64,000 nucleotides of DNA from a virus (IMGVR_UViG_3300034126_000020:1-64000); one strand, 5' to 3'; counted from the first letter of the stretch, positions 44,216 through 54,579 are shown. The notes: generated by a model not told the origin, from the sequence alone. Numbers and translations are program-made.

Positions 44216-46099
44216 TTAGACCGACAGTTGAGACATCGGTGCGGATTCTGCTGCTGGGGCCACTTCTGGCTCGGCAACAGCGTTACGATCACGGATGACC
44301 GGCAGACCAGCAGTCACTGGCTTGATCTTGTAACCGCAGCCATCCACAACGAAGCGGATGTCTTTGGCACCGAACAGCACTTGACCAGCTTCGTTCAGAC
44401 GAGCGTGCAGCGTGATCTTGACTTCACCTTGCTGGTTCGGGTGACGTGGGCCGAAGGTCAGGCCGATAGCCTGTTGTTCTTCAGCACGTGGCACCTGAGT
44501 TTCACGGGAGTAGTCTTCGATCGCACGACGGTGCTCGTACAGTTCGCCTTTGACAGCGTCTGCGAACAGAGCAGGGTGTGGAGCGTACGGCATGGTGATA
44601 CCGCCGAACCAAAGCATCAGAGCTTCGCTTTCAGTGCCTGGGGTGTGGTAGCCGACGATGGTCGACGACGACAGCGACAGGACTGGCAGGATAACGCGAC
44701 CGTTCTGAACGACCGACTTGTCCTTGACCAGCTCTTGAGCACGGAAGTTCTGGTTGTAGGTCCACGGCACGAACGGAGCACGGCGTTCATCAGTGTCCCA
44801 CTTGAAGATCGGCTTGGCGTTCAGATCAGCCATGATGTTCAGCAGCGAAGGTTTCCAGGTCATGTCAGTCATGTCCACGCCCAGGGCGTCCACATGCTTC
44901 AGCACTTCGTTGAAGAAGTAGCCGACGTCCATGACGATCGGTGCTTTGATCTGCTCCACTTCCACACCCTTGCGAGATGCGAACTCGGAGAAGTCAGTTT
45001 GCGCCGACATCTTCTTGCCTTCGATCCAGGTCCAACGCTCCTTGGCTTCCCACAGAGCAGGCACGTCTTTCTCAGACGCTTCACGCTGTTGGAAAGACGG
45101 CAGCCAGTCGTTCTCTTGCAGGAAGTTGGCAGTACGTTCCAGTTGACCCGACGAAGCCGGAGCAGTGGTACGACGGAACTTCACAGCCGAGGTCTGGGAT
45201 TTCCAGAACGACACCAGGCCCAGTTCGTGAGCTTTGGTGCGGTGTTCGTTGGCCATCAGCTTGGCAGCTTCTTTCAGCAGCGCGCCCAGCATGGAACCAC
45301 GCAGTGCAGCCAGCGCCCGGTGTTTCATAGCGAAGACCCAGATGCGGTTGACCAGCAGGGTTTCTTTCTGGTAATCGTTGGCCGAAGTGTACGACACCAA
45401 CGACTGAGCCACTTGCAGGTTCGCCAGCAGGTCAGCAAACGCCTTGATGGTCGCTTCGCTGTTTTCCAGATGGTCCAGGGTACGCGCTTGGAACAACTGC
45501 TCTACCCACATCACGGTCGGAAGGTCGATTTCCTTGGTGAGTTTGATCAGCGAGTTGACGCGGTCAGCCTGCTTGGCCACTTGATCGAAATCGATCTCGC
45601 GGTCCAGACCGGCGTAGCGGTGACGCAGGTAGTTCGGCTGGATGAAGTAGTGCTGCCAGGTATGAGTGCCGTCTTCGGACTTGGTGATGTTCTGGTAGTT
45701 CTTGTACGGACCTTCAGGGTTGAACAGCGTAGTGATACGCCCTTCTTCCACGAAGATCTTCATCAGCTTGACCACTTCCTTGAAGAAAGGATCGGTCACA
45801 GCCTCTGGGTTCCAGAACACCGATTCCAGGCCGTTAGCGCCGTCAGCCACCAGATGACCCACACGGGACATGAAGCGGGAGCACTGGGCGCAGTTGTAGT
45901 GCTGCACGATTTCACGGATGTGATCCGGGTACGCAGCCTTGGCTACCTTCTCGATGGAGAGCAGGTAGTGTTTCATCAACTTCTTGCGCTGCTGGGTTGC
46001 GAAGATCGCACCGACGCCTGGGGCCAGTTTCGATTGCGCAGCGATTTGCAGTTGGTCGAGCGATTCGTGGTACTTGAAAGCTTCAGCAACTTGAGACAT
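44216..46099 (-). CDS. Large hypothetical protein with a YNCxxC motif
   Basis: 627 aa; HYNCAQCSRF and WQHY; strong codon bias; AAGGA SD. Confidence 0.75.
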   Translation of the reverse strand: MSQVAEAFKYHESLDQLQIAAQSKLAPGVGAIFATQQRKKLMKHYLLSIEKVAKAAYPDHIREIVQHYNCAQCSRFMSRVGHLVADGANGLESVFWNPEAVTDPFFKEVVKLMKIFVEEGRITTLFNPEGPYKNYQNITKSEDGTHTWQHYFIQPNYLRHRYAGLDREIDFDQVAKQADRVNSLIKLTKEIDLPTVMWVEQLFQARTLDHLENSEATIKAFADLLANLQVAQSLVSYTSANDYQKETLLVNRIWVFAMKHRALAALRGSMLGALLKEAAKLMANEHRTKAHELGLVSFWKSQTSAVKFRRTTAPASSGQLERTANFLQENDWLPSFQQREASEKDVPALWEAKERWTWIEGKKMSAQTDFSEFASRKGVEVEQIKAPIVMDVGYFFNEVLKHVDALGVDMTDMTWKPSLLNIMADLNAKPIFKWDTDERRAPFVPWTYNQNFRAQELVKDKSVVQNGRVILPVLSLSSSTIVGYHTPGTESEALMLWFGGITMPYAPHPALFADAVKGELYEHRRAIEDYSRETQVPRAEEQQAIGLTFGPRHPNQQGEVKITLHARLNEAGQVLFGAKDIRFVVDGCGYKIKPVTAGLPVIRDRNAVAEPEVAPAAESAPMSQLSV

Positions 46100-46130
46100 G
46101 GGAACTTCCTTTGGTTACGAAATGGATGGA

Positions 46131-46490
46131 TTACTGAACGGATTCGAGAGTAGAGGTCTTGTCAACCAACGTACCGTCGTTGAAGTCGAGAACCCAGAAC
46201 ACCTGTACCACGGCGTGGGTCGCAATGTCAGCAACTGCTGCTTTGTCGCCCATGTCCAGGATGTTAAGGAGCCACACGCCTTCGGGAAGAGCTTGAGCAT
46301 CACTGCTCAGCAGCGACGCATCGTTGGACATGCGAGTAACCAGACCACGAGTCCGGCCGCGTTTAGCAACCAACTCATTGATGGTTTTATCCAGCTTCTC
46401 ACGGAACTCTGGATAAATCGCAGGACACTGTTTGCGCACCATTTCAAAGATGGCATAGATGTCGTACTGCGTAATGGGTGCTGTTGGCAT
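46131..46490 (-). CDS. Hypothetical protein
   Basis: 119-aa ORF in the leftward run. Confidence 0.6.
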   Translation of the reverse strand: MPTAPITQYDIYAIFEMVRKQCPAIYPEFREKLDKTINELVAKRGRTRGLVTRMSNDASLLSSDAQALPEGVWLLNILDMGDKAAVADIATHAVVQVFWVLDFNDGTLVDKTSTLESVQ

Positions 46491-46500
46491 GACGATGATC

Positions 46501-46773
46501 CTATTTGCCGTTTCCGGCGCGGTCGTAATAACGTTGAAGTTTGGCGTACAGTGAGGCTTTCTGGCGAGTCAGCCTTTTACTGATACCTTTCTGATTGTTG
46601 CACTGGGGGTTCCAGAGCACATCACGCAGGTTGGTGTGTGCCAGCAGGATCTGCACCATGTAGGTGTCGAACAGACGCCGCTTTGGGTTCCAGTGGGACT
46701 TGTCAGCCTTCAGTTGCTCAATGCCGTCAGTCCCAACGTACTGAGAATGTTTCTTGCCGAGTCGTCTGCACAT
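46501..46773 (-). CDS. Hypothetical protein
   Basis: 90-aa ORF, TGATG-coupled to the Nudix gene. Confidence 0.55.
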   Translation of the reverse strand: MCRRLGKKHSQYVGTDGIEQLKADKSHWNPKRRLFDTYMVQILLAHTNLRDVLWNPQCNNQKGISKRLTRQKASLYAKLQRYYDRAGNGK

Positions 46774-47249
46774 CAGTCAGACCTCAATCGGGTCATGCCT
46801 TCATTTACCTTGAGGCTGGTATAGACCTTTTCCATGTAGTTCTTGAACGGCAGGAACAGAGGTTCGGGCAGCTCAGCCAGATCGTACCAATCCCAGCCTT
46901 CGCACTTCTCAGGTTCGAGGTTCTGCGGTTCGCCTTCGTTGAAACGGGACGCCACAAAGAGGGTAGCGTAATGCTTGTTTTCCTCTTTGAAGTGATCGTT
47001 GGTGAACCCGGCCTGGAACAACGGGTCGTGCAGGACGATACCAGTCTCTTCCAACACTTCACGCTTGGCACAGGTGCCGACCGTTTCACCGAACTCCAGA
47101 TGGCCGCCGGGGACAGAGTAAGTGCCTGCACCATGACTGCCCTTGCGTTTACCCATGAGGATCTTGGTGCCACGCATGATGATGACACCAACACCCACAC
47201 GAACGTGCTGAGCTACATCTGAAACGCCTACATCCGACTTCTCAACCAT
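46773..47249 (-). CDS. Nudix hydrolase (MutT/NUDT15-like)
   Basis: RVGVGVII..RKGSHGAGTYSVPGGHLEFGET...AKREVLEETG Nudix box; EPEKCEGWDW. Confidence 0.93.
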   Translation of the reverse strand: MVEKSDVGVSDVAQHVRVGVGVIIMRGTKILMGKRKGSHGAGTYSVPGGHLEFGETVGTCAKREVLEETGIVLHDPLFQAGFTNDHFKEENKHYATLFVASRFNEGEPQNLEPEKCEGWDWYDLAELPEPLFLPFKNYMEKVYTSLKVNEGMTRLRSD

Positions 47250-47252
47250 TTG

Positions 47253-47540
47253 TTACGTCCTTTTGATATACGCCGCGCCATCGAGGAGGCTCTTGCACAC
47301 CAAACCATGAACTTTGATGCCGCGGGAGTTCTTGGCGGTGTACTGAGTGCGGTAGAAGTTGCGATCACAGCCGAAGTACTGACGGCCACCAACCTCGATG
47401 TCAGTGTAGCCTTCATCTTCCAGCACTTTCTTGGTACCGACTGGGTCTGCGTAACCCATGTTGCCGATAATTACAGCGGCAATGGTCAACAGGGTGATGA
47501 TCTCCGTGATCCCCACCTTGCTCTTACGTGTTCTACTCAT
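47253..47540 (-). CDS. Small membrane-anchored hypothetical protein
   Basis: One TM segment, then a short Cys-containing domain. Confidence 0.65.
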   Translation of the reverse strand: MSRTRKSKVGITEIITLLTIAAVIIGNMGYADPVGTKKVLEDEGYTDIEVGGRQYFGCDRNFYRTQYTAKNSRGIKVHGLVCKSLLDGAAYIKRT

Positions 47541-47546
47541 GCTTAC

Positions 47547-48686
47547 TTACTCGATTACGTTGCGGACTTGTTTCTTTGGGATCTGGACCGACGTCAGCAG
47601 GTCATAAGCGACGGTGGACGCATGGTCACCTTTCAGACCCAGACGGATCTTCGGGTAAGCCAGTACGATCACGCCGGCTTCGTCTTTGCTGATCTTGCCA
47701 CTGACTTCAATCGCCTGCTTCTTGAAGAAGCCACGCCATGCCTCTGGCAACTCGTGACGATTGATACGCAGGTCGAACATGTCACCGTCCGACGCCTTGG
47801 TCCAAAACGACTCGTACGCCTTCGAGAGAGACAAAGCAGCATCGGCTGTCTTCAACTGGATCTCGAGACCGTAATAGAAGTCGTTGGAGGATGGCTTACG
47901 CTCATTGAACGTCGGTGCAAAGTGCTTCTCTGCCTCGATTGGCGGATTGAGGTACGCTTGCAGTGTCAGGTGGTACGCCAGATCGGCACGACCTGCTTTG
48001 GTCAGGTGGCCTTTCTGTTCAGCGAACCATTGCGGCAGGTTCTTGCGAATCCATGGACGCAGTGCAATCTGGTCACGGATCGATTCAGCCTTGTGGTCAC
48101 CGAAGGTGTCGGAGTACAGCAGCAGACTGCGAGAGGCATCAACCATCTCTTCGGTCATGTTGTACGAGTCAGGTACGATGACGTGAGTCTTGCCGACCTG
48201 TTCCAAATCACGCAGGCACGGCGGTAAGGAATCAATCAGACACAGAATCGTCGGATCGTCATTCGCTGCGGACTTCAACTTGTCCAGCCATTCTTCAGCA
48301 TTGAAAGGGTTAGGTACAGCCGCGGCTTCTTCGACCCATGTCGGGACTGGGCGGTCCCATTCACCGGTGGTGTCCATCAGGTGCTCATCCAGAGGATAGA
48401 GGAGCATGCCCACAAGGACCTTGTTGTAGCGAACGAAGTACTTGCCACCATGTCCGGTGGCGTGCGCCAGCACTTCGATGTTGGCACGATCGGGTAACTG
48501 ACTCAGTGTCTCAGTCTTCATGATGACTTCGAGCAAAGCGTCCATATTACTTTCAAGTTTGATCCCGTCGCCAAACGAGGCTTGCGTGTCGCCGACAGAG
48601 ACGGCGGGATGAAACAGGTTTTGAAGTGCCATGGGTGAGTTCTCTTTGGTTGACATACTTGTTGAAGGGTTCGTTTCTTTTGACAT
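47547..48686 (-). CDS. Hypothetical protein
   Basis: 379-aa ORF; the start may be 48632 (MALQN). Confidence 0.7.
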   Translation of the reverse strand: MSKETNPSTSMSTKENSPMALQNLFHPAVSVGDTQASFGDGIKLESNMDALLEVIMKTETLSQLPDRANIEVLAHATGHGGKYFVRYNKVLVGMLLYPLDEHLMDTTGEWDRPVPTWVEEAAAVPNPFNAEEWLDKLKSAANDDPTILCLIDSLPPCLRDLEQVGKTHVIVPDSYNMTEEMVDASRSLLLYSDTFGDHKAESIRDQIALRPWIRKNLPQWFAEQKGHLTKAGRADLAYHLTLQAYLNPPIEAEKHFAPTFNERKPSSNDFYYGLEIQLKTADAALSLSKAYESFWTKASDGDMFDLRINRHELPEAWRGFFKKQAIEVSGKISKDEAGVIVLAYPKIRLGLKGDHASTVAYDLLTSVQIPKKQVRNVIE

Positions 48687-48721
48687 GCGGCATAAACGCC
48701 GCCCCGAAGGACGGCGACGAA

Positions 48722-49201
48722 TCAGCGGTAGGTGTCGTAACTCGGATGCGTGAAAGGCACGCTCTTACGAGAGAGACTACCCAGCAGTTCGGTGCGCTCC
48801 TTACGTTCCAGCAAGTTGATTGCGAAACGTGCAAGCTTCAGCGGAGTGAGATCACCCTGCCGTTCAAAGATGTACCAGTTGTTGAGCTCAACCGCACGGA
48901 AGGCTCCTGGCAATGTGTTGTTGATGTAGCCCTGTACGAGCGTGGCTTCTCGTTGGGTCACACCTTCAAGATCGACGTCAAGGACTTGGAGTTCCTTCAC
49001 TCGGGTTGGACGGTTCTTTGGTGAACCTGTCTTTTCCCACAGCCGTTCCAGTGCCTTCTCGTCTTTGATGCAGAGCCCCCGCTCTACACTGAATCTGACG
49101 AGTGCCATCCCTTGCTTAGCCGGAACTTCTCCCTTGACCAAAAACAGCTCATTACCCGGTTGCCCCAGAATCACCGGTACTACATATTTGCCTTTCGACA
49201 T
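48722..49201 (-). CDS. Hypothetical protein
   Basis: 159-aa ORF downstream of the promoter motif at 49278-49285. Confidence 0.65.
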   Translation of the reverse strand: MSKGKYVVPVILGQPGNELFLVKGEVPAKQGMALVRFSVERGLCIKDEKALERLWEKTGSPKNRPTRVKELQVLDVDLEGVTQREATLVQGYINNTLPGAFRAVELNNWYIFERQGDLTPLKLARFAINLLERKERTELLGSLSRKSVPFTHPSYDTYR

Positions 49202-49277
49202 GGAGAGTTATCCCTTAAAACTCAGCTCGACTCTTATTCTTCACGGTTATGTGTTGGCTTTATTGTCATGCTCGTGG

Positions 49278-49352
49278 ATAATGTAGGGTCATTTAATGAT
49301 TGAGTGGAATACCCAATCATACAATGATACGGAATAAGAGGAGGGCCGAAGC
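49278..49352 (-). promoter_or_regulatory. Terminator hairpin followed by the CCCTACATTAT promoter-like motif
   Basis: GAGGGC-TTCG-GCCCTC hairpin at ~49340-49355; TGACCCTACATTAT on the minus strand. Confidence 0.55.
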
Positions 49353-49359
49353 CCTCGCC

Positions 49360-50526
49360 TTATAAAACGGCAGGTGAACCCAGCGCAATGAAGTTACCTT
49401 CAAAGTCCAAGTAGTACGCCGTATAGTTCGGTCCTTCAGTGTTCTTGTACAGTCGACCCGGCGGCAACACAGCACTGTTGTTGGCCTTGCCTGCGTTGAC
49501 CCAAGTGCCGGAGGTGTTGTTCCAGCGCCAGACAGTCAGGTCACGGGTGTCGACGATGTCAGCCTTGGACGTAGGAAGTTTGTTGTTCTTCCAACTGGCC
49601 GCTGGCTGAGAGACCGATGCGTAACCGACAGCGCACTTGCTCAGGAAGAGAGCAGGCAGACTGCCCGACCATGCCACTGCGTTAGGCCATGCCGAACCAT
49701 CAGCACGTGTGCACGTGATCTCGATCAACCCCGAGACACTGCGCTTGGCGTTCAGCTTGATGCCCGGGGCAAGGTCTGCGCCATTGAAGCCCTGAGCAGG
49801 AATGCCCAGTTCTTTGACTGCCAGCACTTGCTGCCCTTGAGCAGTAGTCTGACCTTGGTTGACGATTACCAATAGCTTTGGAGTCTGCCCGTTAGCCACT
49901 TGTCCAAGGGCGTTCATGCCGCCGCCGCTCACCATGACAGTCACGGTGTGCTCTTTATCGCCGACCTTCTTGAAAGCCAAGACCATGCCGATGCCATCGT
50001 CGTCGTTGTTATTCGACTTCATGATGGTCTCGAACTCGTAGCTGTCAAAACGATCCTGACTGACAATGCCGATCACACTGACACTGTTGATGGTCGAAGC
50101 GATACTGTCAGTAGCGCTGTCGTACGACCATCCGTCCAGTTCAGCAGGTACGCTAGGAAAGAGTCCATTGGTGCCATGACTGAACCGAGACCATTTGTTG
50201 TAAACGGTGTCGAAAGAGACTGTACTGCTTTTGAGGTTGGCGATAGCGGTGTCATCCGCCGCCATGCGGATCTTGGTCAGTAGTTCGCCACTGACAAAAG
50301 ACATAGGTGTACCTTCTTCACCGAAGAATGGCAACTCACCTTTACGGCCGTTGATCTGACCGAGGTTCTCTTGCACGACTGCCGCTTGAACTTGAGCCAA
50401 CGTCTTACCGCCCAACATAGCCGCATCAGCAGCTTGTGCAGTGGCATCAAGCTTACTGGAAATCTTTGTACGAATTGCTTTAAGGATGCCATCAAATTTG
50501 ACAGCCAACTGCGATGGGGTAGCCAT
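49360..50526 (-). CDS. Tail-fibre/receptor-binding-like virion protein
   Basis: ADAAMLGGKTLAQV fibre motif; beta-rich C-terminal part with DDDGIGMVLAF; start MATPSQ at 50526, preceded by GTATGTA. Confidence 0.65.
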   Translation of the reverse strand: MATPSQLAVKFDGILKAIRTKISSKLDATAQAADAAMLGGKTLAQVQAAVVQENLGQINGRKGELPFFGEEGTPMSFVSGELLTKIRMAADDTAIANLKSSTVSFDTVYNKWSRFSHGTNGLFPSVPAELDGWSYDSATDSIASTINSVSVIGIVSQDRFDSYEFETIMKSNNNDDDGIGMVLAFKKVGDKEHTVTVMVSGGGMNALGQVANGQTPKLLVIVNQGQTTAQGQQVLAVKELGIPAQGFNGADLAPGIKLNAKRSVSGLIEITCTRADGSAWPNAVAWSGSLPALFLSKCAVGYASVSQPAASWKNNKLPTSKADIVDTRDLTVWRWNNTSGTWVNAGKANNSAVLPPGRLYKNTEGPNYTAYYLDFEGNFIALGSPAVL

Positions 50527-50575
50527 TTGTCTGTCCCTGTTGAAAGACGGAGATACATACAATTACAAAAAATAA

Positions 50576-50597
50576 AAGGAGGGCCGAAGCCCTCCCG
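50576..50597 (-). terminator. Hairpin terminator
   Basis: GGGAGGGC-TTCG-GCCCTCC followed by TTTTATTTTTTG on the minus strand. Confidence 0.8.
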
Positions 50598-50600
50598 TTA

Positions 50601-50951
50601 TTATCTTGCACCGCTCCCCACCCTTTCAAGGCAGTTATGCTCAATCACTTCCTCGTAAGGCGTGTTGGCATTGAAGTCGCTTTCGAAGTACTCGTACGCC
50701 ATGTCGAGGCTGTACGGAAGGATGTCCAGATAGAGCACCCGTTCCATTCCCGACAGTTTGGTGTACCCTTCAACCCGCTCACGCACGTACTGAGGGTAAT
50801 CGAGTCCCGCAGTCTTGGCAGTGATCGCCATGTAAGCGTGTTGCTTCAACAGAGCGCAGTGAGCTGCGGTCATGATGAATTGAGGTTTCTCTTTCTCTTC
50901 AGCAGCGGCGGAGAAGATGCACAGCGACAACAATACCAATAGCCATTTCAT
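50601..50951 (-). CDS. Exported hypothetical protein
   Basis: MKWLLVLLSLCIFSAAA signal peptide. Confidence 0.7.
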   Translation of the reverse strand: MKWLLVLLSLCIFSAAAEEKEKPQFIMTAAHCALLKQHAYMAITAKTAGLDYPQYVRERVEGYTKLSGMERVLYLDILPYSLDMAYEYFESDFNANTPYEEVIEHNCLERVGSGAR

Positions 50952-50958
50952 GATTGAG

Positions 50959-51477
50959 TTACCCTGGGTGTTTCTCGTAGGTGTTGAAGACCAGTCGGTT
51001 ATCGACGTAAGAGGTCTCTACACACTTGTAACCATTCCAGACAGGATCTTCATCCTCTGGTTTGAGTACACGTGCCAACTTGCCTTCAAGAGGATGGTTG
51101 AGGACCATGGTCCGATAGATGGTGTCAGCTTTACCGATGAGTTCATTGAAGATGCCAGCACCTCCGATGACAAAGATCTCTGTCATGTCGAGTTTACGGG
51201 CTTCAGCAAGAACCTGCTCGATGCTGTTCAGAAACTGTACGCTGTCCATACGGCCGAGACGAGGGAGACCTTTCCCGCGAGTCAGCACATAATGGAATCG
51301 ACCCGGCAACAGTCTAGGGAGGCTGTCGAAGGTGTCCATGCCCATGAGTAGCGGCTTGCCCTTCGTCAACTCCTTAAACCGTGCCAGGTCTTCGGGGTGA
51401 TGCCACGGAAGTGGATGGGGGCCGGCATAGCCGATCGCCCCATCTTCGTTCTGGGCATAGATCAGATTGATCTTCAT
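50959..51477 (-). CDS. folA: Dihydrofolate reductase
   Basis: GAIG..LPWHHPEDLARFKELT, LMGMDTFDSL..LPGR, and IFVIGGAGIF motifs. Confidence 0.95.
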   Translation of the reverse strand: MKINLIYAQNEDGAIGYAGPHPLPWHHPEDLARFKELTKGKPLLMGMDTFDSLPRLLPGRFHYVLTRGKGLPRLGRMDSVQFLNSIEQVLAEARKLDMTEIFVIGGAGIFNELIGKADTIYRTMVLNHPLEGKLARVLKPEDEDPVWNGYKCVETSYVDNRLVFNTYEKHPG

Positions 51478-51492
51478 GCCTAGTGCTGCTCC

Positions 51493-52101
51493 TTAAACGG
51501 TGGTTTCAACACCATCGACGACAACCTTGACATCAGGCGTCTTGACGTTGGCCTTCTCTTCGGCCTCTTTGCGCTCGCGCAGGATGCGGATCAGTTTCGA
51601 TGCATCCGGCTCGATGTAGAAGTTCAGCGAGGATTCGAAGATGGCGAACTGCTCGTCGTCTTTGAACACCACGATCACTTCCAGGCCGACGCCTTTACCA
51701 GCCGCTTGCCACTGACGCACGAAAGCATGAGTACGCTCGAACTTCTCGTACTCGCCGAGCACCACCTTGGAGACGGCAGTGGACTCTTTCAGGAACATGT
51801 CTTCGTCGATGCTGGCAGCGCGCAGGATGGCAGTCAGTTCCACCTGGCTACGACCGGGCAACGAAGTCCACGGCGATTGCTGGGGAGCGGTCAGACCGGC
51901 GAGGTACTGAGCCACGACTTCCGAATCAGCCCCGAGGGCCGACAGGTCACCGCGGTACAGGACCTTGGTCAGCAGGTTGTCGCGCTTGTAGTGAACGCGG
52001 ACGTTCTGGTTGCCATGGCCGGCTTTACCGGCGAGGGTCAGTTGAACGTCGTCGGTCGCCAGTGGCTTGAGCGCGTTTACGATGGTGTCAAAGATAGTCA
52101 T
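51493..52101 (-). CDS. Hypothetical protein
   Basis: 202-aa ORF, TGATG-coupled to the upstream gene. Confidence 0.7.
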   Translation of the reverse strand: MTIFDTIVNALKPLATDDVQLTLAGKAGHGNQNVRVHYKRDNLLTKVLYRGDLSALGADSEVVAQYLAGLTAPQQSPWTSLPGRSQVELTAILRAASIDEDMFLKESTAVSKVVLGEYEKFERTHAFVRQWQAAGKGVGLEVIVVFKDDEQFAIFESSLNFYIEPDASKLIRILRERKEAEEKANVKTPDVKVVVDGVETTV

Positions 52102-52556
52102 CAGTAGGTCTTCTTCGGCAGGATGTTGTTGACATTGATGTGGTCGCCGTACTCACGCAGTTGCGTGTAGATGTAGCCGACGGCTTTGTGGTCATCGTCG
52201 AGGATCAGGAGCATCAGGCCTTGTTGTTCCTCAGGCGTGAGTTCCTGGATGACGTGGACTTCGTGGTTGTCGAAGTGACCGATCAGGGAGTTGACTTGAT
52301 CAGTACGCTTGAAGTGATCCGGGTTGGTGATAGCGCCTTCAGGCAGGTCGTACAAGTACTGACCAATACCCGGTGTCACACCCAGAGCATAGCGGTAATG
52401 CTCCGAGCGTGCAGCGGCCAGCAACACCATCGAGCGGACCGTGTCGACCACCATGGACTGGATACCCCAGCCCAATGCCTTGTTGTGATCCGGAGCCTTG
52501 GCAACGGCTTCAGTCACGGTGAGGGGGTGATCGAACATGATCATTTCATTGCTCAT
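52101..52556 (-). CDS. Hypothetical protein
   Basis: 151-aa ORF overlapping the ligase stop. Confidence 0.65.
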   Translation of the reverse strand: MSNEMIMFDHPLTVTEAVAKAPDHNKALGWGIQSMVVDTVRSMVLLAAARSEHYRYALGVTPGIGQYLYDLPEGAITNPDHFKRTDQVNSLIGHFDNHEVHVIQELTPEEQQGLMLLILDDDHKAVGYIYTQLREYGDHINVNNILPKKTY

Positions 52557-54579
52557 TGGTTTCTCCAGTTGCGGTGAGACCGTTATCGGTCGTCAGGATC
52601 GTGGTAAGGGAGTTGGGGTTGGTGAACTTGATCCCATCTTGGATGAAATGAAGTTCTTTGGCCTTCTTGACTTTGTCAGGTCCGGCACCTACGCCCGCAT
52701 AGAGGATGTCGGTGTTCTTGCTGACAGACTTCGTCAACTTACCACCCCGTGAGATCACGTCATCTTCCATTGCGCGTCGTGTCAAACCATCGAAGTCCGA
52801 CCCACTGACGACAACTGTCTTGCCAGCCAGGTCTTGGATCTCAGCTTTCGGGATCACCACATCGGTGTACGTAAAGACGGAGTCCAGAGCGTGCAGGTCA
52901 ACGTCGTTAGCAACGTAGGTCAGCATGATGCTTGTTGCTACCGCTGGGCCAACGTCGTCCACTTCCTGCAACGTCTTGAAGCTAGCCTTACCCAAGTCAC
53001 GGAAAGATGGGAATCGAGCTGCCAGAGCCCTTGCAGTGCTGTCCCCGACATCCGGGATGCCTACCGCGCGCAGCGCTTTGTAGAACGGCAGCTTCTTGCA
53101 ACGGTTCAGACCGGCGATGATCTTGTCCGTCATGGCTTCACCCAAGCCAGCGGCGTAGAAGTCCTGCTCACCCAAGTAGAACAATGAGCTGAACGACCCC
53201 AAAGACCCGACAGCAATCAAGGACTCGACCGCAGCAGGGCCAAGGTTCTTGACATCGATGCCATCACGGCTCACGAAGTACGCCATCCGGTTGATAAGCT
53301 GGGCCGGACAGTTGATCAGGTTGGTGCAGAACAGCTTCACCCCTTCTTCTTTGCCCACATCCCGCTTGGTCACCTTGGAACCACAGCACGGACACTCGGT
53401 CGGTGTGTGAATCAGACCGTGTTGATCCGTGCGCAGTGCCAGCACCACGCTTTCGATCTTCGGAATCACGTCACCACGACGAGAAACCACAACGGTGTCA
53501 CCGATCCGCAGGCCTAGACGCTCGATCTCTTCGAAGTTGTGCAGTGTGACACTGGAGATCGTGACCCCACAGAGCTTCACTGGACGAATCTTCGCTACTG
53601 GAGTCAACACCCCAGTCCGACCCACCTGCACATCCACACTTTCCAGCACGGTTGTGGCTGTCTGAGCCTCGAACTTGTACGCTGTCGCCCAACGAGGGGA
53701 GGTAGAGCGCTGTCCAAGGGTCTGACGTTCAGCAGGTTTGATGAGTTTGATCACCAAGCCGTCGATGTCGTGCCCTAAGTTCGGTCTGTCTTCGGTCACT
53801 TCTTCGATTGTCTCGATGATGTTACCGATGTCACTGGTCAACCCTTCCCAAACCGGCAAAGAGATGAAGAACTGAGACTGAACTTCCTCGCTGAAGAAGG
53901 ACATGGGCACTGAGATCGGTCCGGCAGCAGTATGGATGACCGCATCGTAGGCAATGAAACGAATTCCCATGCCTTGAAGCTGCGCACCTTCCTTCTTCCG
54001 GGCCAAACCGGCCACCATGTTGCGTGGATTGGCGTACACCTTCTTGCCCTGCGCTTCACGCAGCTCACAAACACGTTTAAAGTGCTTGTGTGGCACTACG
54101 GCTTCACCGCGGATCTCCACTTTGCCATCGTAACCCTTGAGTTCTTCTGGCACACCTTCGAAGTACACGGCATTTTCAGTGATGTCATCACCAATGTCGC
54201 CATCGCCACGGGTAGCGGCGTACTTCAGCTTGGTTTTGTTGTACAGCAAGCCAATTGCAAGGCCATCGTGCTTGAGTTCCATCTGCGCATACGCAGCATA
54301 ACCCAAACCGAGGCACCAATCTGTCAACTCTTCCTCGTTATAGACGTTACCGAGGCTGAGCATGGGCGTCAGGTGTTTGATCTTCTCAAACCCACCGTCA
54401 GAAACGGCCCCGACTTGGTTCAACGGCGACAACGGGTCGTCGGTTTCCCCTTCCAGCTCACGCAACTCAGCTTTGAGGGAGTTGTAGACTTCATCATCAA
54501 CGTCTGACTCCCCCTCGTTGTAGTAGAGGTGGTTCAGACGACTGATCTCTGCTCGCAGAGCTTCGATACGGTTGTCCAT
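52546..54579 (-). CDS. ligA: NAD-dependent DNA ligase
   Basis: YY..D..YD/N, H..PMLSL, ELKHDG (KxDG), TRGDG, EIRGE, NPRN, DGLVIK, PRWATAYKF, VGRTG, TLHN, Zn finger CPCC..C..C, HhH and BRCT. Confidence 0.97.
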   Translation of the reverse strand: MDNRIEALRAEISRLNHLYYNEGESDVDDEVYNSLKAELRELEGETDDPLSPLNQVGAVSDGGFEKIKHLTPMLSLGNVYNEEELTDWCLGLGYAAYAQMELKHDGLAIGLLYNKTKLKYAATRGDGDIGDDITENAVYFEGVPEELKGYDGKVEIRGEAVVPHKHFKRVCELREAQGKKVYANPRNMVAGLARKKEGAQLQGMGIRFIAYDAVIHTAAGPISVPMSFFSEEVQSQFFISLPVWEGLTSDIGNIIETIEEVTEDRPNLGHDIDGLVIKLIKPAERQTLGQRSTSPRWATAYKFEAQTATTVLESVDVQVGRTGVLTPVAKIRPVKLCGVTISSVTLHNFEEIERLGLRIGDTVVVSRRGDVIPKIESVVLALRTDQHGLIHTPTECPCCGSKVTKRDVGKEEGVKLFCTNLINCPAQLINRMAYFVSRDGIDVKNLGPAAVESLIAVGSLGSFSSLFYLGEQDFYAAGLGEAMTDKIIAGLNRCKKLPFYKALRAVGIPDVGDSTARALAARFPSFRDLGKASFKTLQEVDDVGPAVATSIMLTYVANDVDLHALDSVFTYTDVVIPKAEIQDLAGKTVVVSGSDFDGLTRRAMEDDVISRGGKLTKSVSKNTDILYAGVGAGPDKVKKAKELHFIQDGIKFTNPNSLTTILTTDNGLTATGETNEQ

